Positions 27,594 to 37,258 of a DNA stretch of 64,000 nt are shown in pieces. Position 1 is the stretch's first letter; each line of letters begins with the position of its first letter. Both the position numbers and the translations under genes were made by a program. This DNA comes from a bacterium (GTDB taxonomy: Bacteria > Bacillota > Clostridia > Lachnospirales > Lachnospiraceae). The notes below the pieces were generated by a model, which was not told the DNA's origin, made no database searches, and was given only the letters and a program-made list of their open reading frames with translations. The DNA is taken from NCBI GenBank assembly GCA_963658695.1, contig CAVKRN010000005.1:8103-72102 (forward strand). Direction: 5' to 3'.

Positions 27594-30482
27594 TTACTCC
27601 TTGGAGCGGCGATGGCGCACAGCAGAAGTAATTCCAAGGATCAGCGTAATGACAATCACCGCAATCACCACGCCAACGACAATTTTAAGGACGAAGGAGG
27701 CGATGCCGGTTTCTCCTTCCTGGTACGCAATGGCGTAAGAGGAGAGGCGATCCGTCTCAAAGGTAATGGTGTCCGGATCCTCATCCAGATCCTGCAGGAA
27801 GCTGATGGATAAGGAGCCATCCTCTTCTTCATGGGAACGAACGATGCAATACGCCCGGCTGCTTTCCTTGATGGAATCCGGAATCGGCATAACCACCTGC
27901 ATGGGGGTGGTTAATTCCGTAACCACCTGCGTCTCTCCATGCGTGGTTTTCATCATCAGGACTTCGAACAGCTCTCCTGCAGACAGGTTATTCTTATCAC
28001 AGGCCTCCTGAATCTGACGGTCCGCATCCGTCGGATAATCGTTCGTGGAATACATGGTCAGATTAAAGGACACTTCGTTTCCCGCAAAGGCACACATCTT
28101 ATCCTCTTCGGTCAGAATCCCATTAACCACATATTCCAGATTCGGGAAGTTGGCTGTACTGTCAAAATGGCTTCCCGCTGTTGTATTGTCATCCGTGCTG
28201 TAGTCATTATGGATGTTCACCATAATGTAATCCTGATTATAAGCAAGCTGCAGAAGCTGTGCATCCTCGCCGTTTTGGATCGCCGTGCGCGCATCGCTGG
28301 GCGTAATGTTCAGGATCTGGAACACACCGGTCTGGGCATTGTAATCCTCCAGCGTATCCGGATCGGTCAGATCCGCATCGTCATAGTGAGCATCGTAATT
28401 CCCATCCTCATCCAGAGGAAGGTCGCTTTCCGCTGCCTGTACATCGGAAGAAGCGGATTCACTTTGCTGCGAAGAGGACGTACTGCCTGTGGAAGCACTG
28501 GGCGATGTTGCTGCGGAGTCACTCTTCTTTACAGATGCTGTGCTGCCCGCATCCGCACTTTGCTTCGAAGAGGATGTTCCGCCTGTGGAAGCACCGGATG
28601 AAGCCGCTGCAGAGTCACTCTTTTTTGCGGATGCCGTGCTGCCGGCCGCTGCGCTTTGCTTGGACGCGTCAGTGTCTGTGGCGGCCGTGGATGCGGTGGT
28701 TGCCGGCACCGGCTGGAAAGCCACTGCAATCGCGTGATTGCCCTTCACCGATGTAAAGGTATACGAATATACCGCTCCGACAGAGGTGTTATCCACAACG
28801 ACGTTGGAAACCATATACCCTTTATCCGGGACAATGCTGTAGATCGCATTGCTTCCCTCGGAGACCGTAGACGTCCCGGCAGGGGAAATCGTTCCTCCCT
28901 TGTTCGCACAGGTGGCGGTAATGGAATATTTTTTCGCCTGGTCTTTTGCAAAGTTTGCAACGATATTGGCATCCACCTGCAGATTGTTGATCACAAGCGT
29001 TGAATCCGTGCCGAGTACCTTGTCACCACTCGTCCATTTTTCAAAATGATAACCCTGATAGGCGGTCGCAGTCAGCGTAACATTATCGCCGGCATTGTAT
29101 GTGGCGCCGCCTGCCGTGTATCCGGTGTCCTGTGGCGTCACCGATACACTGACCTTATACTGCGTCCGCGAGAAATAGGCAGTAAATTCACGATTGCCGG
29201 TGATATTGGAGACGGTATACTTGGCATCCTTGGAGATGACATTATCACCTTCCTTCCAGCAGTCGAACCGGTATCCGCTGCTGGCCTTGGCCTCCAGCGT
29301 AACGGCGCCGCCGTAACCGACATTCTGGCTGGATGTGACGGAGCCGGCATTGTCATGATTTTTCCGGACGGTGACATAGCAGTTAACCTGTTTAAAGGAT
29401 GCCGTCACGTTCATATCCTCTGTGACAGAAGGAATGGTGTAGTGTGAATTGGTAGAAATAACCTGATTCTTGTATTTCCAGCCGACGAACTGATACCCAT
29501 TGTTCGTCGTCGCATAGATTTCACAGCCGGCACCATCGGCAATCGCGCCACCACCCCATACAGCACCGCCCGCAGAGGGATCTGCCTGTACCGAAACGGT
29601 ATGATTACCTGCCTTCAGTGTCACATAGGCACAGTCATTCACACCCGAATTCTGTACCGACGTAGCAGTGACCACCAGATTATTGGAGCCTTCTTTTGCA
29701 TCCACCACCAGTTTGCCGCTGTTATCGATGTAGGTACCGCTGCTCTGGTTATTGGAGACAGACCAGGTGACATCCAGATTAGGATTGTTATCCCCCTTCA
29801 CGTTGGCCGAGAAGCTCATAGTGCTTCCTTTTGCCACGGTAGCCGTCTCCGGAAGAACTGTAACGCTGGTAACAGTCGGTACCTTCTCCTCGATGGTCAC
29901 AGACAGCGGAAGAACCACGCCGTAATTGCCGCCCGGATCCAGATTATCACTTGCGCGGAACGCGGCATTATAGGTCCCGGCCGCCTTCGTAGCATCTACG
30001 CTGACATAAAATGTGCAGGAAGTTCCGGACTCCAAATGCAGATTAGATGGCTGATCAACCTGAAAGGGCCCGTTTTCGTTTCCCGTCATATACCAAACAA
30101 GATCAATCGGAGTCGATCCGGTATTGGTCAAAACAAAAGGCTGATAGATCCGGTCCGATCCCTTCGTAATCTTTCCGAAGCTCACCACCTTCTGATCACA
30201 GGTTAAGCTGTATTCATACGGATCGGTGCCGTCGCTGTAATCCGAGTAGGTCTCGACATAACCGTTAAAATCACTGTCTGAGGAATAACTGCTATCTGCG
30301 CTACTGCTGTCTGCATAGCTGTCATCCGAATACTCGACCGCCGAATCATCGTCGTCGCCGCTTGCCTTTACGTGAAGCGACTGTATGCTTCCCACGAACA
30401 AAAGACCGGCCATCGCCAGACAAAGTGCACGTTTGGGATGCAGGAAAGATTTTATTTGCGAGAACAGCTGTGATCTCTTCAT
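27594..30482 (-). CDS. Surface protein with Ig-like and divergent InlB B-type repeat domains, C-terminal membrane anchor
   Basis: Signal peptide; repeated GYxFxxW beta-domains; Ser/Ala linker; TM + RHRR tail. Confidence 0.8.
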   Translation of the reverse strand: MKRSQLFSQIKSFLHPKRALCLAMAGLLFVGSIQSLHVKASGDDDDSAVEYSDDSYADSSSADSSYSSDSDFNGYVETYSDYSDGTDPYEYSLTCDQKVVSFGKITKGSDRIYQPFVLTNTGSTPIDLVWYMTGNENGPFQVDQPSNLHLESGTSCTFYVSVDATKAAGTYNAAFRASDNLDPGGNYGVVLPLSVTIEEKVPTVTSVTVLPETATVAKGSTMSFSANVKGDNNPNLDVTWSVSNNQSSGTYIDNSGKLVVDAKEGSNNLVVTATSVQNSGVNDCAYVTLKAGNHTVSVQADPSAGGAVWGGGAIADGAGCEIYATTNNGYQFVGWKYKNQVISTNSHYTIPSVTEDMNVTASFKQVNCYVTVRKNHDNAGSVTSSQNVGYGGAVTLEAKASSGYRFDCWKEGDNVISKDAKYTVSNITGNREFTAYFSRTQYKVSVSVTPQDTGYTAGGATYNAGDNVTLTATAYQGYHFEKWTSGDKVLGTDSTLVINNLQVDANIVANFAKDQAKKYSITATCANKGGTISPAGTSTVSEGSNAIYSIVPDKGYMVSNVVVDNTSVGAVYSYTFTSVKGNHAIAVAFQPVPATTASTAATDTDASKQSAAAGSTASAKKSDSAAASSGASTGGTSSSKQSADAGSTASVKKSDSAATSPSASTGSTSSSQQSESASSDVQAAESDLPLDEDGNYDAHYDDADLTDPDTLEDYNAQTGVFQILNITPSDARTAIQNGEDAQLLQLAYNQDYIMVNIHNDYSTDDNTTAGSHFDSTANFPNLEYVVNGILTEEDKMCAFAGNEVSFNLTMYSTNDYPTDADRQIQEACDKNNLSAGELFEVLMMKTTHGETQVVTELTTPMQVVMPIPDSIKESSRAYCIVRSHEEEDGSLSISFLQDLDEDPDTITFETDRLSSYAIAYQEGETGIASFVLKIVVGVVIAVIVITLILGITSAVRHRRSKE
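28461..28663. repeat. 96-bp (32-aa) intragenic tandem repeat, just over two copies
   Basis: Unit starts at 28461, 28557, 28653; SKQSAxAGSTASxKKSDSAA... Confidence 0.9.
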
Positions 30483-30510
30483 AAGTTTTCTCCCTTTCTC
30501 TTTACTCTTT

Positions 30511-30545
30511 CTAAGAAAACACTGATTATATCAGCATTTCCCCAA
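30511..30545. repeat. 35-bp palindrome family copy
   Basis: CTAAGAAAACACTG-ATTATAT-CAGCATTTCCCCAA. Confidence 0.65.
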
Positions 30546-30574
30546 TAGGTGCTGAACCGTTGCCTCCCCTTTGA

Positions 30575-31720
30575 CTACTCTCCGAGAATTGCCGTATGCC
30601 AGGCTCTTTGTACCGCCTCCAGCAGAAGATCATACATCTCCAGATGCTGCTCCAGGAACCCCTGCACACCGTAAATCTGATCCAGCTGGCAGGAAATAAA
30701 CTCATAGCCAAGCCAGGCTCCCAGTATGTTTCCTGTCACAGATCCAATTGTATCAGAATCTCCGCTCTGATTCACCGCTGCATGAATGCCGGAATAATAA
30801 TCATTCTGATACCGAATCGCAAGATAAATGCTAATGGCAAGCACCGATTCGCCTGTTGCGCCTTTCCCCAGGCTCTTAAGCGCCATCCCGGGCTTTTCCG
30901 CCGGGTTCTGTGCGCTGGCAAGGGCCTTCTCCATCAGGGCAACAAACTCCGGAAGCTCCTTTACTCCTCGAAACTGCTGCTCCACCTGATAAAGTGCATT
31001 GGTGATCAGTCGTTCCAACGTCGGATCAGCGGCTCTCCGATAGGTGATGCGGCTTACAATTTCCGAAAGGAGCGATGCGGAAAGCCAGGCAAACGGATGC
31101 CCATGAGTAATCGCCGCCGCCTTTGCCGAAACCATTGCCACGCTTTCCGCCTGCAGATTGTAATTCTCAACGTGGAGCATCAGCCCGATGGGCGCCGATC
31201 GCATCAGCGCACCGCTCCCTCTGCTCTGATTGAGCGGATGCTCCAGCGTTCCGCGGCTGGCGATGTCAAAGGTATCTCTTGGATTTCCTGTTCGAATGAA
31301 CTGTTGTGACAGCGCGCTCATACAGGTTCTTCCCGGCGCTCTCTGGGCACGCAGTCTGTGATCGGAATAAACCGATGTGAACGGGTGGCTGTATCGAAGG
31401 CGCGGCTGCTGCGTCGCGTACCAGTCCAGATAGGCCCGGTCCAGATAGACCTCCGCCTTCGCATCTGTCCGATGCTCCCTTGCTCTTCGCATCCCACACG
31501 TAAGACCATCCATGGTAAATAATGTCAACTGGGAATCATCACTGATGATGATTCTTCCATTGGGCCCCACCTCCGGTCTGACAATTCCGTGCGGGCCATA
31601 TTTGCTGACAATCTCGGAAAGCTCCATGAACTCTACCGGAAAGCCAAAGGCATCTCCGAAGGCGCCGCCCATGATGCACCCCAAAAATACGTTGTAATAT
31701 CGTCCCGTCGGATCCTGCAT
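30575..31720 (-). CDS. ADP-ribosylglycohydrolase (DraG/ARH family)
   Basis: GDAFGFPVEF, SDDSQLT, GALMRSAP, ITHGHP, GDSDTIGS. Confidence 0.9.
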   Translation of the reverse strand: MQDPTGRYYNVFLGCIMGGAFGDAFGFPVEFMELSEIVSKYGPHGIVRPEVGPNGRIIISDDSQLTLFTMDGLTCGMRRAREHRTDAKAEVYLDRAYLDWYATQQPRLRYSHPFTSVYSDHRLRAQRAPGRTCMSALSQQFIRTGNPRDTFDIASRGTLEHPLNQSRGSGALMRSAPIGLMLHVENYNLQAESVAMVSAKAAAITHGHPFAWLSASLLSEIVSRITYRRAADPTLERLITNALYQVEQQFRGVKELPEFVALMEKALASAQNPAEKPGMALKSLGKGATGESVLAISIYLAIRYQNDYYSGIHAAVNQSGDSDTIGSVTGNILGAWLGYEFISCQLDQIYGVQGFLEQHLEMYDLLLEAVQRAWHTAILGE

Positions 31721-31800
31721 ATATCTCCCTTATCCTGTTCACACGGTGTAACGATTTCCAGATACTGTCGTTGCGCCCTTCGGTCCATCCGGATCACTGC

Positions 31801-33432
31801 CTATCGCCCATCTCCGGAACCACCACCGCGCAGCCGCTTATACGCTGCCGCCATCTTACCGCAAAGCCATACAATTCCCCAGGACGCCAGCGGCAACATG
31901 GTCAGATAATACCGCATCGTATACCGTCCCGAAGCCTCCCAAAGCTGATGGAACAGCATACCTCCCAGAATGAATACAACAAGAAGCAGCTCTCCCGCTG
32001 CAATGGCATCTCGCTTCCCGTCCCCTGCGCCGGAATGCATTGCCTTCCATAGTCTCTCCCACAGATACAACGTCGTTCCCAGATAGATCATGGAATGAAT
32101 CACGTTCATTCCCCACTGAAGGATCCGGCTCCCCGTCCCGAAAATCAGCGTCTCCGAAAGGGCAGATGCCGCATCGTGGCGCTTGGTCTCTTCCATCTCC
32201 CGCATGGATACGCAGGTCGGATCCCCCCACTGCGAGAGAAATTTCCGGAGATAAAACTTCACCAAATAACGGCCGGAGTTCCGAAACTCTCCGATGGACG
32301 CTTCAATGGATTCCTTCGCCGCCTGCGTTGTCTGGTCCCTATCAAATCCAGCATCACGGAACAATCCCACATTGCTGCCGTTGTACCAGCCGCATTTTCC
32401 TTCCGTCTCCTGCATGCCCATGGCGATATAGGTGATGGCCGGTGTTCCCGCCGGCATTGCATCAAGTCCCGCTGCCGCTGCCACCGCAGTATTTAAAAGT
32501 TTCTGGCTGCCAAAGGTCAGAAGAAGCAGACAAGCCGTCAGCGCAATTCGGCGCAGGACTTCCTGTGAGGCTCCCCGCCGAACTTTCCGGGGAGCTTCCT
32601 GCGGAGCTTCCTTTCGGGAGGACTCCTGTTGCAGAAGATCCCAGAACAGAATAAAAATCATGGCGATCAACGCCACATATCCATTGGTTTTCAACAGGAT
32701 TGCTGCTGCAATGCAGACCCCCGCACCGATCCCCTGGCACAGCCGTTTCTGCCGCAGATAACGTATTTCCAGATAAAGCGCTGCCGTCTGCAGTGTAAAG
32801 GACCACAGGTCCGAATAGACAAACGTGGCAAACACATAATAAAACCAGCAGCCCATCGACAGGATCTGCATCGCCGTGCAAACCTTCGGACTTTGAAATA
32901 TCTCCCAGGCAATCTCGTACAGAATATACAAATTGATGAGAATGGAAAGCACATTCAGAAGCTGATAAATCAGATAATTGGACGGGCCGCATACCGCTGC
33001 AATTGCCTGCCCGATCAGTACATAGCTCACCTGAAACGGATAGACAAACAGGTACCCTCCTGTCTGCAGCGAAGCATAATTCCCGGCGGAGAACTCCTGC
33101 ATAATTGTATCCAGCTGCAGAGCGTCATTGGTGGCAAAGCCCCGAATCGCCAGGACCAGGAACAGTGACATACCGCCGGCCGTCAGCATCATGGGCCAGG
33201 GAAACTTCTTTTTATCCCCGGTCCGCGCCAGTGCCGCCATCACAATCAGCAACAGAACTACCATACAAAGCGCCAGCAAAAGCGGCCGATCCGCCGTCAC
33301 ATCAAACAGGTCATTTTGTTCGTATTGGCGGAAGGAAATCACCGTAACGAGACTGAACAGAAGAACAATCCCTGCCAGAATCCCCACTGCCGTATAGATC
33401 AGCATCGCCAGCCCGTTTTTAATGACACCCAT
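31801..33432 (-). CDS. Polytopic GT-C-like (PMT/ArnT-like) membrane protein
   Basis: NDA..GGYLFVYPFQ loop, FVYSD, IAMGMQE..GWYN, WEASGRY. Confidence 0.6.
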   Translation of the reverse strand: MGVIKNGLAMLIYTAVGILAGIVLLFSLVTVISFRQYEQNDLFDVTADRPLLLALCMVVLLLIVMAALARTGDKKKFPWPMMLTAGGMSLFLVLAIRGFATNDALQLDTIMQEFSAGNYASLQTGGYLFVYPFQVSYVLIGQAIAAVCGPSNYLIYQLLNVLSILINLYILYEIAWEIFQSPKVCTAMQILSMGCWFYYVFATFVYSDLWSFTLQTAALYLEIRYLRQKRLCQGIGAGVCIAAAILLKTNGYVALIAMIFILFWDLLQQESSRKEAPQEAPRKVRRGASQEVLRRIALTACLLLLTFGSQKLLNTAVAAAAGLDAMPAGTPAITYIAMGMQETEGKCGWYNGSNVGLFRDAGFDRDQTTQAAKESIEASIGEFRNSGRYLVKFYLRKFLSQWGDPTCVSMREMEETKRHDAASALSETLIFGTGSRILQWGMNVIHSMIYLGTTLYLWERLWKAMHSGAGDGKRDAIAAGELLLVVFILGGMLFHQLWEASGRYTMRYYLTMLPLASWGIVWLCGKMAAAYKRLRGGGSGDGR

Positions 33433-33492
33433 GCGCTCTCCTTGCAAAAAGGCTGCCTGAAGCATCGCTCCAGACAGCCTGCATTCTTTAAC

Positions 33493-33698
33493 ATAACCCG
33501 TCCGCCCCGTGCACTTTGACTCCTAGCCTCGGCCAGGTGGGTACCCGCGGCAACTACTTTTGCCATCCCTAGATAACGGAACCTGTGTCCCGCCTCTTCC
33601 GTCTGCTGACAGGGGCGCGGCAGCCATAATGCAAGCTGAGTTCCCGTTTAAAGTATTTGTAGGTTCAAAATAACACGGGAAAAATGCTTCCGGGTCAC
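33493..33698 (-). ncRNA. ssrS: 6S RNA
   Basis: 5' GTGACCCG pairs with 3' CGGGTTAT; TTGAACC and ACCCACCT motifs recalled from Firmicute 6S; ~206 nt; dedicated promoter. Confidence 0.8.
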
Positions 33699-33702
33699 AC
33701 CC

Positions 33703-33731
33703 AGTATAGCAACCCATTCGGGTCTTGTCCA
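33703..33731 (-). promoter_or_regulatory. Promoter TGGACA-N17-TATACT for 6S RNA
   Basis: -35 33731-33726, -10 33708-33703. Confidence 0.75.
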
Positions 33732-33742
33732 CCGGCCATGCC

Positions 33743-35566
33743 TTAGATTTCCCGGCACTCTTCTCTTAACCAGGCGGCCTCTTCCTCATTCAGGAACGGC
33801 AGGATATTCTCCAAGACCTTCTGATGGTACTCATTCAGAAGATTTCTGGTGTGCGGTGTCAAAACCTCCGGATCCAGGAGTTCCCGGTCGAGCGGAGCAA
33901 ACGTCAAGGGCTCAAAGCAAAGGAATTCTCCATCCGGTGTTTTCCCCCACTCTTTGCACAAAAGAATGGTTTCAATGCGGATGCCGTACCTGCCCTCCTT
34001 GTAAACACCCGGCTCATCCGAAATCACCATTCCCGGCTCAAAGGGTGTTGTGTCTGCTTCATTTCTTTTTTTCCACCGGATATTCTGCGGTCCCTCATGA
34101 ACATTCAGAAGGTATCCGATTCCGTGCCCTGTTCCGCACTTGTAATCCATGCCGTTCTGCCACATCGGCTCTCTTGCCATAATGTCAAGCGACATGCCAT
34201 TACACCCTTTAAGGAATACGGTTCCCATCAGCTGCAGCTGCGACACAGCTGTCAGTGTGTAACTCCGGCGCATCTCCTCCGTCACAGGGCCCAGTGACAT
34301 AGTCCTGGTCACATCCGTTGTGCCGCGGAGGTACTGTCCGCCGGAATCCACCAGGAGCATTCCTTCCGGAAGAATGTCCGCTCCGCCATTCTCATCCGGC
34401 TCATAATGCATCATTGCAGCGTTGCTGCCGTAGGCCGAAATGGTTCCAAAGGAGAGCTCAATGTAGTCCGAAATCTCCGAACGCAGATGATCCAGATGGG
34501 CAGCAGCACTTCCTTCCGTCAGTGCCACTCCTTCCTTTACACTCTTCTTCAGCCAATAGATGAATTTCGTAAGTGCTGCACTGTCCTCGATGTAGATGCT
34601 CTTGAAGTTGCGAATCTCCGTCTCATTGCGCACCGCCTTCATCAGCGCAACCGGACTCGAAAGCTCCAGAACCTTACGCTTCTTTTGTGCGGTAAGACTC
34701 TTCCACATCGCAAAGCTTGCTTCCTCCGGATCGATCCAGACGCAGTTTCCGATGGAAAGCTCCGGAAGCTCTGCCCAGAAGCTCTCATACGGGCGCAGTG
34801 TGATCGCTTGCTTTTCCAGATAATCCCGAACACTGCCGTTCACTTCACTTTCCTGCAAATACAAAAACGTCTGTCCCTGCGTAATCACAGCGTAGGAAAG
34901 TGCCACCGGATTGTATTCCACATCATTGCCCCGAATATTCAAAAGCCACATGATCTCGTCCAGCTTGCCGGTCACAAAGGAATCCGCGCCGTGCTCTTTC
35001 AGCTTATTCCGAAGTCTTGTAAGCTTCGAATCCGCAGTTTCTCCGGCAAACTTTTCCGCATCCAGAACAAAGACCTCAGAGGACGGAAGTGCCGGGCGAT
35101 TCTCCCAGCAGGCTGCAGCCAGATCCAGATCGGTCCGCACAGTAATGCCTTCCGTGCCAAGGGAATCCTCCAGATCCTTTCCCTCCTTCTTTGTCAGGCA
35201 TCTGCCGTCAAAGGAAAGAACCTCGCCTTCGGAGAGTTCTTCTTTAAGCCACTCCGCGATGGTCGGAACACCTTCCATTCCCATCCGCATGAGAGAAACG
35301 CCGCTTCCCTCCAGTTCATCTGCCGCCTGGATAAAATAACGTCCATCCGTCCAGAGCGCCGCGTTCTTTCTGCCTACCACAACCGTGCCGGCAGAACCGG
35401 TAAAGCCGCAATAATACTCTCTGGCCTTAAAATGATCTGCCACATATTCCGAATTGTGATCATCTGCCGTCGGGATCAGAACCGCCGATACCTGTTCCCG
35501 CTCCATTGCCTCCCGCAGCTTTTGCAGGCGGCAGGCACACGGATTCTCTATAATATCACCAACCAT
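33743..35566 (-). CDS. Xaa-Pro aminopeptidase (M24B)
   Basis: WTDGRY, DSGGQY, GTTDVTRT, GTGHGIG..VHEGP, EPGVY, GIRIE. Confidence 0.93.
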   Translation of the reverse strand: MVGDIIENPCACRLQKLREAMEREQVSAVLIPTADDHNSEYVADHFKAREYYCGFTGSAGTVVVGRKNAALWTDGRYFIQAADELEGSGVSLMRMGMEGVPTIAEWLKEELSEGEVLSFDGRCLTKKEGKDLEDSLGTEGITVRTDLDLAAACWENRPALPSSEVFVLDAEKFAGETADSKLTRLRNKLKEHGADSFVTGKLDEIMWLLNIRGNDVEYNPVALSYAVITQGQTFLYLQESEVNGSVRDYLEKQAITLRPYESFWAELPELSIGNCVWIDPEEASFAMWKSLTAQKKRKVLELSSPVALMKAVRNETEIRNFKSIYIEDSAALTKFIYWLKKSVKEGVALTEGSAAAHLDHLRSEISDYIELSFGTISAYGSNAAMMHYEPDENGGADILPEGMLLVDSGGQYLRGTTDVTRTMSLGPVTEEMRRSYTLTAVSQLQLMGTVFLKGCNGMSLDIMAREPMWQNGMDYKCGTGHGIGYLLNVHEGPQNIRWKKRNEADTTPFEPGMVISDEPGVYKEGRYGIRIETILLCKEWGKTPDGEFLCFEPLTFAPLDRELLDPEVLTPHTRNLLNEYHQKVLENILPFLNEEEAAWLREECREI

Positions 35567-35586
35567 ACCATTCTCCTCTCATTCTC

Positions 35587-37137
35587 CTATTCCGTAATTC
35601 CAAGGAAGCATTCCACCTCATGCAGCATCGCTGCCGTGTCCTTGTCACAAACGGTCTTATGCCGGATTTCGGCATCCCGAAGGCCGGAAACCGCCTTCGG
35701 TACAGCAACACCGCTGACCTCAGAAAGTGCATCTGCAAGCTCCAGATCCGGAAGATCATGCGGCTTTCCCAGTGCCTCCATCACCGCCGACTCAAACTTA
35801 AACGGAGAGGCCGTAGACACAATGACCGTTCGCGTTGCATCCCCGGTCTGCTTTTGATACTTGCCGTAAACCGCCGAGGCAACTGCCGTGTGCGGATCAA
35901 TGACATAGGCATCCTCTTCAAACCGTCTGCGAATTTCCTCTGCAGTCTCCTCCTCCGAAGCCCATCCGCCGTAAAAGACATCAAGGTTCTCTCGCATGGC
36001 TGCAGTGATCTCGTATTTGCCCTGCTCCGAAAGATTCTGCATATAGCCGGCATCCGCCGTCGCATCATCTCCTGCAATGTGATAAATCAAACGCTCCAGA
36101 TTGGAAGAGATCAAGATATCCATGGAAGGAGATGTCGTCAGGATAAATTCGCGGTTCCTGTCGTAAATTCCCGTCTCAAAAAAGTCGAACAGCACCTTAT
36201 TGGAATTGGACGCACAGATCAGCTTGTGTACCGGAACTCCCAGCTGCATCGCATAGAAGCCTGCAAGAATATTGCCAAAGTTTCCGGTCGGAACCACAAA
36301 ATTCACCGCCTCACCGGCCGAAATGCCGGCATCTGCTGCTACACCGCCGCGAATGCTCTCCGGCTTTCCGGCGTTTGCTGCCGCTCCAAGGAGTCTTGTA
36401 TACGCCCAGACGTAATAAGCAATCTGCGGCACAAGACGTCCGATGTTGATGGAGTTAGCAGACGAGAACTGATACCCTGCTGCCGCAAGCTTCTCTTTTT
36501 CTGCGGGGTCTGTGAAGATTTTCTTTACCCCGCTCTGGGCATCGTCGAAGTTCCCGCGGATACCGATGACGCAGGTGTTGTCTCCCTGCTGTGTCACCAT
36601 CTGCCGCTCCTGGATGGAAGAAACGCCGTCCTTGGGATAAAAGACCACGATTTTCGTTCCGGGAACATCGGCAAAGCCGGCAAGCGCAGCCTTTCCGGTG
36701 TCGCCGGAGGTGGCTGTTAAAATGACAATTTGCTTATCCTCGTTGTTCTTTCTGGCTGCTGTAATCATCAGATGCGGCAGAATCGACAAAGCCATATCCT
36801 TAAATGCAATTGTTGCGCCGTGGAACAGCTCCATATATTCTGCGCCGCCGGCCGCATGGAAGGGAGCAATGGCCTTTGTATCAAACTTCTCATCGTAGGC
36901 TGCATCAATGCATCCGCGAAGCTCTTCCTCCGTATAATCCGTAAGAAACAGCTTCATGACCTCATAAGCAACCTCCTTATAGGTTTTACCTGCCAGCTCC
37001 TCCAAAGTTACATCCAGCTTCGGAAGACTGGTCGGGACAAACAAGCCGCCATCGTCCGAGAGTCCCTTCAAAATCGCCTGTGATGCCGTAATCGGCGTGC
37101 TGTCACTTCTGGTGCTGCGATACATAATTTTTTCCAT
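35587..37137 (-). CDS. thrC: Threonine synthase
   Basis: YRSTR, FHGATIAFKD (PLP Lys), ATSGDTG, NSINIGR, PTGNFGN. Confidence 0.96.
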   Translation of the reverse strand: MEKIMYRSTRSDSTPITASQAILKGLSDDGGLFVPTSLPKLDVTLEELAGKTYKEVAYEVMKLFLTDYTEEELRGCIDAAYDEKFDTKAIAPFHAAGGAEYMELFHGATIAFKDMALSILPHLMITAARKNNEDKQIVILTATSGDTGKAALAGFADVPGTKIVVFYPKDGVSSIQERQMVTQQGDNTCVIGIRGNFDDAQSGVKKIFTDPAEKEKLAAAGYQFSSANSINIGRLVPQIAYYVWAYTRLLGAAANAGKPESIRGGVAADAGISAGEAVNFVVPTGNFGNILAGFYAMQLGVPVHKLICASNSNKVLFDFFETGIYDRNREFILTTSPSMDILISSNLERLIYHIAGDDATADAGYMQNLSEQGKYEITAAMRENLDVFYGGWASEEETAEEIRRRFEEDAYVIDPHTAVASAVYGKYQKQTGDATRTVIVSTASPFKFESAVMEALGKPHDLPDLELADALSEVSGVAVPKAVSGLRDAEIRHKTVCDKDTAAMLHEVECFLGITE

Positions 37138-37194
37138 CGTTCTTCCTTTCTGCCGCGCAGTTATGGTCGCGTTTCGTCACTCATTGCGCTTTCT

Positions 37195-37229
37195 TTAGGA
37201 AAACGCTGATTAAAACAGCATTTCCTTGG
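37195..37229. repeat. 35-bp palindrome family copy
   Basis: TTAGGAAAACGCTG-ATTAAAA-CAGCATTTCCTTGG. Confidence 0.7.
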
Positions 37230-37258
37230 AAAACCTCAACGTGGTTAACAGCTGTATT

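Noticed and set aside
33523..33732. 69-aa minus-strand ORF
   Set aside because: Overlaps the 6S RNA and its promoter.
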